A stretch of DNA of 55,981 nt. Source: Nemertoderma westbladi. Its lineage: Eukaryota; Animalia; Xenacoelomorpha. The position numbers and the translations under genes were made by a program. How positions within the stretch are numbered: position 1 is the first letter of the stretch; each line of letters begins with the position of its first letter. Under the pieces are notes generated by a model. It was given only the letters and a program-made list of their open reading frames with translations, was not told the origin of the DNA and searched no databases. Location: NCBI GenBank assembly GCA_032718475.1, contig JAUCBJ010000841.1, positions 1-55,981 of the forward strand, given 5' to 3'. Below are positions 36,947 through 48,400 of this stretch, in pieces.

Positions 36947-37560
36947 TAGCACATCCAACATATCTCTGAGAAATCCAGCAATAGGATGGCATATGCTGCC
37001 AGGTATAGAGGTTATTGGACATAGCGGGAACCAGCCTTGTGGACTTTGGCGAGGCCATAAAGTCTAGGAGGAGTGGCATCCTTACGAGGTAGTAACCTCG
37101 CTAAGAGTTCCCCATTCTCCTTGCCCACAATGCTCCTGACCTCATCACGAATAACCTCCACCCTTCGTCGGCAAACATCTATCTTTATAGCACTGGGACG
37201 ACCGGGAGGGGGACCAAACTTAGTCGGGTCGGCGATGATCGAGGCTGCCTTGGTGAGGTACGACTCCTTCTTCATAATTCAGTACCCGTTCCTCTTGTCG
37301 AATGGCGCAATCAAACCCTGCTGCTTCGGTTGTAGCGACAGCATCAGACTGGCTCTGAAGACGCATTAACCGAGCGTAGATCTGAGCATGGTGGGACACA
37401 CTTAATTTGTCTGCCTCGGTGGTGTGGGTGAAGTAGTCCACATGATAGTAAAAGAGTATGGTGTCAAACTTGGTTTTGACTGGATTCTTGGCCCCAAGTC
37501 TGAGCACCGACTCAACAGTCTCAGGTAGGACTATTCCATCCTCACACCGAACTGTGCCAC
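36947..37560 (-). mobile_element. Penelope-like RT fragment (N-terminal part)
   Basis: VLRLGAKNP; PFDKRNG..MKKESYLTK..IIADPTKF; PRLYGLAKVHK followed by PLCPITSIPGS after a frameshift. Confidence 0.8.
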
Positions 37561-37654
37561 TAACGTTTACTAAGGGAGTCCCTTGGCTCCCAACCCACCA
37601 CCTAAACTTCTCATCCTAATCAGACCTCCGTCGCTCATCTGTCTACATCATCAA

Positions 37655-37990
37655 TACATCAAACTACATCTGTCAGAAAGATGGTGTCACTATGGGGTCT
37701 CCACTGGGCCTCGTACTCGCCAACATCTTTCTGTCACAGTTCGACGGGAGGAATGCTGCGGGCACTAAGCTTAGTGATAGATATGTCAATGACGTATTTA
37801 GCGTTGGCAGCAACGACCCTACTGAGAAGCTGAGAGAGGTGAATGCCCTCCATCCTAATCGCAAGTGTACCCTTGTGATGGAGGTGGAGGGCCGCTTGTC
37901 CTTTCTTGATTTGGTTCTCACTCGGGTTGATTATGCTCTTTCAACGGCGTGGTATCGCAAGCCTACAGATACTGGGCTCGTTCTTTACTT
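37655..37990 (+). mobile_element. Penelope-like RT fragment (C-terminal part)
   Basis: QKDGVTMGSPLGLVLANIF, RYVND (decayed RYVDD), NALHP, LSFLDL, WYRKPTDTG. Confidence 0.82.
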
Positions 37991-38074
37991 AACGTACTTG
38001 ATAAATAAATAAATTTAATTCGTAATTAAATAAATATTTAATTGTAAACTACCAAGGCAGGACATAGTATCTTA

Positions 38075-38445
38075 CAGATGAACTGTTATCTGCATTTATC
38101 TCGATGAGAAGGGACCATGTTGCAGAATGCCTTGCTGAAGAAGCTCTGGCCTACCTTTCAATCTATGTTATGAAGGCACTTTATTCCTCCAATCCTCGGC
38201 GATAACATCGTACTATCAGCTGATGGCTTCAAGCAATGTGATCCTCTGGCCGTCTTGGAATTTTGTGAAGGTCTCCATCGAAAGCTAGCCATCTTCCAAA
38301 CTGAGTTGAAGGTGGATTATATACAGTGTAGATTATGTAAACTCTGATAGAAATTGGAAGATAGTCCTTTCCAGCTTTTCTAAGTTTCGTTAATCATGCG
38401 TTAATCATTGGACTGTATCTGAATGAGGAAAAGTGTGACCTATGT
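38075..38445 (+). mobile_element. Highly decayed non-LTR RT fragment, CRE-like
   Basis: Manual translation: SAFISMRRDHV; LGDNIVLSADGFKQCDPLAVLEFC; IGLYLNEEKCD. These resemble NAFNS.RR, S..G.QQGDPL and GL.LN..KC. Confidence 0.55.
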
Positions 38446-39083
38446 ATTATACACTCAGATGGCTGTGATCAAATACATGAGGCTTTCAAAACTGACATTT
38501 TTGGAATCCTTGTACGGCTAACTTTATATTGGTACCAACTCAATATAAGGTTGAAGAATAACTGCAGAATAATTGGTGAAATTTCACCAAAGACATCTTT
38601 TTCAAAGGCTTCTAGCTAAAGATTGAAAGCAATAATATGAATTCTGGCTCACCCACGGAGGAGGAGGGATGTGAAACTTCCTTGTCTCAACTTTCATGCA
38701 ACCTCATTAAGATGCAACTGTTTGCAACTGTTTGTGCAGCAATCAGCAAAGAGAGTATATTATTAGTTTAATAGTAGTTTATTAGGGACAATGGAGGCAG
38801 ATGGACAATTTTGACAAGGGACATTGTTGCTCTTTATACTGGCTAAACCTTCCCCAAACATGGTGATGTATGTATTTTGGTATTGTAGTATTGCCCAAGT
38901 CAATTTCAATTTTAGATCCATGTCAGGGGATCTAGGTGTATGACGTGTTGGGACCTAGAAACCAAGCTAAGGTTTGTTGTTGGACCCAAACTTAGTACAG
39001 GGCTAATGGTTCTAATAGTTTCTGGATCTTCGGGAAAACTCAGCTAGTTGGTTCTTTAACTTCCACATATATTGTCAATTAAC

Positions 39084-39845
39084 TGTCAACAAAGTTGCAC
39101 CGCCACAACTCCCTATCCCCCATGACTTTCGCGAGACTATCCGCATCTCGCAAGGCCAATGTTCTTTAAGAGGCGTCTCACAAAAATCGTGGGCTGTCCA
39201 CTATGCTTATATTCTCCATGTGGCTGCCAAAGCACGACGATTGTACACAGGCTGGTCCTCACGGCGAAAGCAATGTCCTCAAAGCGGAGGCGATTTTGTT
39301 CTAGTGTCAAGCTTGGGGGAACCAATGAGACACCTCCAATGTTATATAGTGTCTGGTTGGAGATGTGTGCATTGTACTTGACACAATGAACCCGGCGTAG
39401 CATTCTTGTGAATGTGCCATCCAGAGATTTGGTGTCCTCAGCAGTTAGAGCCCAGCATGGACTCCCATAGAGGAGTCCTGGAACTACTCAATCTGGTACT
39501 AAATAATCTGACTTTAAATTACCGATGAATTCTGTGTGACTTCCAATTCCTGGAGAGCCCATTTAATGCTGCCCATGCCTTTCCCTTACGTATTCGAAGG
39601 TCCCTGACTTCCGGATCCATAACAGAAGTCGTCCACATGCTCATCAAGCATACCATCCTTTGAGCTTATGCTCATCCGATCAGAGACTTGCTGAGGACTT
39701 TCAAAGTTAACTGTCAATATTTTGGTCTTTTGGGAGTTAACAAAAAGACCAAAACTAGAAGCAGCCCGTTCTAAGCCGTTGGGCTCCCTCCTGTGATAGT
39801 CATCAGCAAAGTCTAGATCAGTTAGGTACTTGGCAGGATTTCCTC
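39084..39845 (-). mobile_element. Fragment of RTE LINE family B
   Basis: Reverse complement of about 36140-36890; LTLEQNRLRF..WQPHG. Confidence 0.85.
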
Positions 39846-40120
39846 ATTACATTATTATTGTGTAGCATTATTATTATTATTATTATTATTATATTTACAA
39901 TGTACGTAAAAATATATTCCTATTTGAATACCATCAAATGTACGTAATAACAAAGAATCGCAGTACATCTGCACTAGAAATGTACAGTTAAGTCGAATTC
40001 ACATTGAATTTACTTGCGGTGTATCAATTTTCAGATTATGTAATCTCCAGGCGAGTCGTGCTACGAGCTGTAATGTCTCCATAATCGAGGCCGGTTACTG
40101 GTCTGGTAAGGCTTCCGGTG

Positions 40121-40447
40121 GGCACTATGGATCCGCACTATGGATCCGCACTATGTATCCGCACTATGGATCCGCACTATGGATCCGCACTATGGATCCG
40201 CACTATGCATCCGCACTATGGATCCGCACTATGGATCCGCACTATGGATCCGCACTATGGATCCGCACTATGGATCCGCACTATGGATCCGCACCATGGA
40301 TCCGCACTATGGATCCGCACTATTGATCCGCACTATGGATCCGCACTATGGATCCGCACTATGGATCCGCACTATGGATCCGCACTATGGATCCGCACTA
40401 TGGATCCGCACTATGGATCCGCACTATGGATTCGCACAATGGATCCT
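40121..40447. repeat. 13-bp tandem repeat (TGGATCCGCACTA)n
   Basis: About 24 near-perfect copies. Confidence 0.97.
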
Positions 40448-41187
40448 CACATAACGTGTTGTTATCCCGGCCACGTATTGGATACACTGTCTGAAATGTT
40501 AGATTTTGGGACACGTGATGGTTTTCCTATCCTAACAATTAGATCGGATACACCGCAGTCTCTTAATGCTTTCTTTTAACATATCAAAGATATGATAAAG
40601 AATTCATCATGCAGCCTCTCTTTGCACCATAACTGGGAAAGGGAGAGCTACTGGCTATTGGAGAAGTGTTTGAAAAGGGGTTTCAAAAGTTCATATATTC
40701 TCAAATTGTTGAGGTTTGGGTTTCCAGAGTTCCTATCTACTTATACAAATTGATCACGGTTAGTTCATTCAAACATAACAAGCGTGTTTTTAGCTAACTC
40801 TAGCATGCTGTTATTATTTACAGCAACAGTTCAATAAGATTTGTTACAACTGATTAATTTAACTCAAGGTACCGACTGAATAATTTAATTTAAGGACTTT
40901 TCTGTGAACGAATAGAGAAGGGTAGAGAAAATCGGTCCAGCACAGGAAATTACAAAGAAAAGGTTAATCATTACTGGTTCAAATTAACTTTAATAAAAGT
41001 TAAATAATGGCCTCCCAGCTCCCTCCCTGTAAATTTACACTATAAAACATGAAACAATTAAGTCTAAATGGATAATCATAATTAATTCGTTAATACGTTT
41101 GTACTGGTTTCAAAGATGTTACCAGTTTCTAACCTTAAACTTTTTGGAATTTGTGATAAGGTGCAGTAGATCTTTCATTCAGCCTGC

Positions 41188-42396
41188 TGTTCGCGCTTTC
41201 AGACCTTTGGCAGTTTAACCCGCCAAATTAGGATGTCTTCTAGATAATAAATCGCTTTAGCCTCTGACAAGTATTTGATTCACTACACTAGTTGAAACCA
41301 ATCTGTGCGCGATCATTCACCCGTTGGATATACCCGGGAGATTGACTTCGACGGCTTAATCGTATTGCTATGTAAGCCTAATGTATTATTCGACTGACAG
41401 TATTATATAATCTCTGACAATATTATTCACCTTCGGGAATATTAACAGTTCCTTTAGGACGTGGCGCTCTATCTATATAAACAGAGTTATGACTTAAACT
41501 ACTCACAACGATATGGCTTAGTTACAATTCACATATATGGCGCATTCTTTAGGAAATGCTTCGTTATCAGTCTCACTCATACACAATGCTGCACAATACT
41601 GCACACTAATCTGCCGATCTTCACTGATTTTAGTCACATATAAAAGGAACACGGACCGAATCATGTAGGGTCTATCAAATAACATTAGATTCACTTCAAA
41701 CCACTTTAACATAAGTCACAATCGTTATATGTAACCTTTCTCTCTTACCTTCGGTATATCAAGAATATTGGGTTTCGGGGTTATTTCTCGTTATTCCAAA
41801 TATAATAATTCATCAACAAATATAATGAATAACCGACAGCAAAGCAGTAATGTTAAGTTAAGTTGCACAGTATGGGACAGTTAACCAGTGTTAACCAGTG
41901 CAGATAACATTGAGTTACCCAGATAACGGATATATGTCCTTATAATTAAGCCTACTAGTGTTAGGCTAAAGCAGAAAAGCACAAAATACTCCAAAGCCGT
42001 TCTTCCTTGGCTCAGGACTGAATGATAACACTGCCCATAAAGCATTGCGTGATTTCTAGGAAATTTCTGTACAAGAGCAGTAAAAACGCTCTGATTGGTT
42101 GACTGAACTGAGAGACGCCGTAGAACAAAGAAAATCGACACGTATGAATATCAGCTGTTAACCGTCGTCATAGTAACTACTGTTCAAGAGTATCTCGCCC
42201 CTTTTGTGTCACGGAATTGCCATAGAATCATCAACTATGCCTTCCACAGTACACATACGGAAGAAATAGCTCTTAGATCCTCTAAAAACACCGATACAGC
42301 AATAATACGGCCTCTTACGCCTATTAAACCAACTACAGAGTATTTTACGGGAAAAATAAGGAAAAATAACCGGGCAATTCAGCAAAAGCTTTTACA
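41188..42396 (-). repeat. 3' LTR (1209 bp)
   Basis: Near-identical to 54148-55348; preceded on the minus strand by the purine-rich tract. Confidence 0.95.
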
Positions 42397-42407
42397 CCGC
42401 TCCCAGA
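42397..42407 (-). other. Polypurine tract (PPT)
   Basis: Minus strand reads TCTGGGAGCGG directly before the TGTAAAAGC start of the 3' LTR. Confidence 0.65.
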
Positions 42408-45400
42408 AAATGGGATTTTCAGTCTATAAAATATAAAAATCACAGTTTCTAAAACATAAAGATACTCTAAACAGTTAGTTTTTCTTGCGCGGACGGCGTT
42501 CACGCAGTTTCCAGAGGCCAGCAAGAGTCCTTTTCTCTTTGGGGCGAGCCACTTTACTGGAAAGGCTATAACTCCTGGGTAAAGGGTGCAATACAATTGC
42601 ATTATAAGGTTTGGGTTTACGGTCGGTGTCTCGTCCATTTCGATATGCTTCTCCTCGAGCTGATTTTCCTCCGCTTGTCATGGGATACGTTCGTCCAAAA
42701 CTCTCGCAGAGAATAGGGTTTTCTAAGCTTGATATCTTCTTAGAGATTCGAGATTTCCCAATCGAACTGAGATAAGGCCAATTCGTTTATCGATTGGACT
42801 TACTGTTATAACTTACGTTTATCTGAACAAACGCAGGTTTCTTTTTTGATCTTTATAGAATAGCGTTTAACTCGTTTCGTACAACGCTCTCCTTCACCTT
42901 GATGAAGGGTTGTATCGCGTTAAACGGGAACGACCATACGGTTGGATAGTGATATTAGGTGTCCGCGTCACAATCCGGCTAGGTAAGATGGGTGGCTAGC
43001 TAGAAATCACTGTCGGAGTGTTACCGATTAATTGTTAGGGTAGCACTAGATCTTTGAACAGTGAATATAGTCCGCAAGGATCCGCGACACCACCAGGATC
43101 GCAGGTCTGAGGTCCAACTAAGGAATGAGGAGGTTTGACCGAGTATTCCGGGACTCTGATCGTAGGTTTACTCCAGGATCGTTCGAGCCGAGTGAGCATA
43201 GGTGATACGTCAAACAAGTTTCGCTCGAAACTCCAGTAAATATAACGAGCACAACTGTGTTTAACACAACGTTTCCGTGGATGTTTATGTCTTTCCGTTT
43301 ATTGGCTGGGTCTAGGGCATTTATCGTAATAATACCAAAGACGCACGTCTGGTAGGGGAAACGCGGATGATATTTATTTGTTGTTACAATGCTTCTATCA
43401 AGAATTCCAAATATATGTTGGAGTTACCGCGTTTATTTGTTTCTTTAATGTCTTTTCTTTCGAGTCGATTTCGAATAGGATTTTCGCATTAGAATTTTGG
43501 TTTATCGTTTCGACTCCTCTGGGTAGGATATGTTCGACATAGTCCGTATCGTGTAAATCGATAGAATGGCCAATGGTTAAGAAGTCCATATACGTACCAT
43601 TACAATGCGTGTAGCGAGCGGTGAATTTTCCATAGTCCAATTCACGCGTAAGTTACTTCCAGGAAATCGTAGGTTCGATATAACGACCATCATCCTTCGT
43701 AGTAGTTGGACTAGTATCACCGCGTATCAAGCTATCAACAAACGCTTGAAAGTAGAGTATATCGCTCCCTGATACCAAGACCATCTTCTATCAACTCCGT
43801 CATATCTGCTATATATGAGTTTATTAATATTATAATGAGCTTATATTTAGGCTAGCGAGCGTCGCTGCCTACCCCAATCAGCCCCCGGACAGTGCGAGAT
43901 CCTCAGCGCCGATGTGTCGTCGCCGCTGTACTTTCGCCAACGACGTAGCCGCACAACGACAACGACAACCGGCACAAGTCACTCGACTGTCCGTCCCAAA
44001 GGCTTAGATACACCTCAGGTTCTTACTGGAGAGTTAGGGTTACTTTCACAATTGCGACTCGCTACTGTAAACACACCTTAGTAGTAACATTCGCCTATAA
44101 ACTCACAAATACCACACACACAACTTGTCACAAATTACACACACTCGGGCCATTTGTCCGTTAGTCAATGCCTTCCAGAATGTCACTGTATTATTATGTA
44201 TCCTTGGATACTAGCAGTGCGCTATTTATTCCCTATGCTATTCAATGGGACAAGCTTTCTATTGTTCTTTTAACTCAATTCTAATTCTAGCGTGGTTGTT
44301 GCTATGGTGACATTATGCAAAGCTAGCGGTAGAATTAGGGTAATTCCAATGCATACAGATCTGGGATGTTATTTAATAGTAATTCTTTAATGGTCAATGT
44401 CCTGTTTTATACATGACTTTATGAATTTTATCGGCTATTGACTATGTTTGGGAGACTTTCGCACACTCATACGCATAATAAGATAAATCTCCGCTCCCTT
44501 GATCTATTAATTAATGGAATTTTGGGAATGTTATAAATTGCGTAAAAATGGCAATTTATTAAATTCATTAAAAGGCATGAATTTAAATTTATTCCCTGAA
44601 ATTTTATTATTTGATAATTAAATTGACATATTTTGATTCTAGAACATGTCTGGGGACACAAGATCCTTAATTCTATGACAATTGTCTTTTTAAGAATATC
44701 GGTAAATGCTACGATATCTTAATTGACTAGAATTGTTGAAGGATCTGAATTTTACAGATTTTGATTTATTAGATTTGCAAATATTAAATAATTAATATTT
44801 GAGATGGGCACCGATTTATTCCAGAACTTGTCTGGGGACGTTAACCACTGATTCTAGAATTTTGTCTTTCAAGTATATCGGTGGGTGCCGCGATATCTTA
44901 ATCGACTAGAATTACAGATGGTCAAAGGGTTTAACAGATTTATTTTGCGTTATACGCTACTGTTAAAGGGACATCACGCTACTATATGTATTATTTAATA
45001 TACGGTATGAGAGCAATATCGCACGAAGCAATGTCAGTGTGAAGAGGCAAGTCGTTTCCAAGGTCTACCCAGAGCTTGGTTTAGCCGAGACACGAGGATC
45101 TGAACTTTGCATTCCTAATACTCTGCCTACCAATAATACTTGAATATAGTAGTGGCTTTATTGTACTTTAATAAGTACGGACATTTCATCTTACTGTAGT
45201 TACGTATTTGTAATGTAATACGGACAGTAAGGAAGGAGGAAAAGAATTATTTCTCGCCGTCGCACTAAATATAATATAAGTAATTACGTATGCAATAAAC
45301 ACGAATATATTGCACTATTCTACTAAATAATCGCTAAATAAGATTCTACTAAATTAAATAAAACGATTATAATAAAATTACATAGTAATACATACATAAA

Positions 45401-45457
45401 TATAAAAATAATAAAATAATATAAAATAATAGAGTCACACACCCACTCCATATGTTG

Positions 45458-48400
45458 TTACGTTATGGAGTCCCTAGATGTTTGAAGGATTAGGGAGGTG
45501 GTCGTGGGAAGAGAATCTTGCCTTCCACAGTTTCCGGAGAGTCCTCCATTCCCTTCCGGTAAACACAAACGACCAGCTGGGCGATTGAGTCGCTGCATCC
45601 CGAATACAATTCCAGGTTTCCTCTTCGTCCTGGAATAGTGACGATAGAAACATCGCTCTAAGTACACGACGGCCTTACAAAGCCGATTCCAGGAGCTATA
45701 GTGGTCCGTCGCTCCCTGCAGGAGAGGTGAGAGTCCCTGCGAGACGTCTGATGTTCCAGAGCTCCAATCGCTCTCTCTGATCTTCATGAAGGATCCACTC
45801 GCGGTGGGGAGGTCCAGATCCACGGCGTCGTCCCTGGCAATATGTAATACCGACAGATCTATCCCGGGTTCAAATAACTCCGCTCCACCCGTCCGGGTTT
45901 TAGGTTTGACTTTCTCCGCTCCCTTGGCTGGTCTAATCTCAGTCGGAGTAAGATGGGGAGGCCATTCATCCTCCTTACTCAGGAAGTCGGGTTCACCTAA
46001 CCGGTCTGTAGTATCTGTCAGTTCTTGAGGAGTTGCTCCTCTGGAAGCGATGTCAGTTGGATTAAACTTCTTGGGGCAATATCTCCATTGATCTACATTG
46101 GAGCTAATATCGTCATTATCTGAGGAGTATGGTGTTCCCTCAGTTGGGTCGTCTCCCTCACTAGTATCATCTTCCCATTCACTCACCTGGCGGACGCGAT
46201 CTTGAAGCAGTCTTTCTCTGAGCGTTCTTCGGGAAGGTCCAGTAAGGTACCAACCTACTCTAGTTCTTACCGCATAGGTCTGAAGTGGTTGCGGTTGAGC
46301 AGGTCGTTTCTCCAATGTCTCCAGCGCCTCATGCGCGTTTTGACCGATTAATATTTGTACTCCAGGATAATCGGTGTCGAATCTAGGGATGTTAAGTTGT
46401 TGGACATGATCATCTTCGTCCCAATTATAAGGTTCCACTTGGGTGGTAGCGAAGTTCTTTATTGCCACCATTTTGACTGACCTTATACTGTATTCTCCTA
46501 GTTTATCCTGTGGAGTGGACAACTCACCTATATAATAGTCGGCAGCTACAGTAGAATTCCAAACCTGCATGATCCCTGACATGTTTAGCTTGGTTCGGAA
46601 CTTGGGTTGTCCAGCAAAGATGACTTCGGCTAGTTCTTTATCGATGAATGTTCCTGTGCTACCGGAGTCCAGGAGGGCGTTCACTATATAGCTCTTCTGA
46701 GGTCCGTGGACCCGTAACTGGACTACAGGAAATTCTCGGATTCCTATATTGGAAGTTGGCGCTTTCCAAGATGGTTGTTGATCAGAAGTAGTTAAGGTAA
46801 GGTCGCTGTCTGTGTCTTTCTCATGCACGAGTGCTCGATACACTGCGGTGGTGTTTATTAGGTAACAGGATTCGTTTTGGTCGGAGAACTCGTCCGTATA
46901 GAATCCTTCCATCTCAGATTGATCAGTGTCGTTCACATCACTGAATTGGACATGTAGTTCGGACTCACTTACCTGACTCGGGCTGTTTCGTTCGAATTCC
47001 GTGTGCAACAAGATATGATGTTTTGCGCCGCACTTTGCACACCTTGCGTCGGAGTAACAGGTTCGCCGTTGGTGTCCTCGTCTGAGGCAATTATAACACA
47101 ACCACTTATCCCACATGACTTCACGTCTATCCTTTAGTGATTTCCTCAGGAATTTATCACACGCATTTAAACGGTGGGGCCCGTCGCACAGCACACATTT
47201 CGGCTTGATGTTACTTACTTTAACCTGTGCTATGTGGTGCACACTTGTTCTTTCCTCGGGCTTTCTCACCTGAATTCTTTTAGGAGACGTAGGAGGGGTT
47301 TTTTGTACCGGTTCCCTTCTGTCATTGGGTCGAGACTTGGATTTACTTACCTGATCTTTAGGCATTTTATTGACATAATAAGATCTGTCAGTGTCTTTCC
47401 CGCTGTCCTCTCCTTGAGAAGTTTGGCTTTCACCGTCGTCGGTATAACATACTGGTGTTATCCTTCTCCTAGAAACGGGTTTCTCACTTACCTTACTTTC
47501 CGCTGTCTTCTCTCTGGACTGCTTTATGAGCTGTAATTTCACCTCGCTATCCAAGAATGACATGAGATCAGCCATGGTAGGGTCTCGTTGTTGTTGTTCC
47601 ATCATGTATAACACTTTCTTGTCCCAGCGTGTACCTACTCCACCCTTCGGTAAAGTAGAAGCCACTGCTCTAATAACCATAGCACTCTGATACTCATGAG
47701 ACTTACCTAGCCAATCTAATTGTCTGCAGATCTCCTGAATTTCATCGGAAAACTCTATAATCCCGCTGCTAATAAACTTTCGGGGCGCTACCAACTTTGC
47801 ATACAAATACCCAGCTATGTTATTCCTATTACCATACCTGATGTTTAGTGTATCCCAAACTTGTCTTAATCCATCTGGATGTCCAATAAATTTTAACGCC
47901 ATTGACTTGGGAGGTCCTTCCAAACATTCGATGAGGAATCTAAGTTTCTCTCCGTTAGATAGTACAGAGTTCTGTATGTTATCTTTGTAATATTCATTAA
48001 AAGGTAACCATTTCATCTCATCTCCATTGAACTTGACGATCTCTCCAACCTTTACCGCTTGTCGGGCTTCGGTTCTAGCCATTTGGCGTGTAAAACTTTC
48101 TTGAGCCATCGTATTATTGAATAGAGAATTATCGGTATATAATTTTCTCGGATTATTATCAAGTCTAGATGAGATATCATTATCAACAGGTTTATAATTA
48201 CCCTTAATAGGGTTTACTATAGGAGTTTCTACTTCGCTAGCAGTATAGATGCATGTAGGCTCCACACCTTGCGCATGGGATACTTCAGACCTAACAGGTT
48301 GACACATTGTTACAGGGGGTGGTGGTATACCCTTTTGTGTGTTCACTAATTTATCGCGTTCTAACGCGATACTTTGCTGCACCTTTTGCAACTCTAGCCT

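Noticed and set aside
35690-37990. Hammerhead ribozyme expected near Penelope elements
   Set aside because: No CTGANGA...GAAA core with flanking stems was seen by eye, and the element's terminal repeats appear to be absent.
41461-42436. Small ORFs repeated at 54423-55093, resembling duplicated genes
   Set aside because: They lie within the two LTRs and show no recognisable protein motifs.
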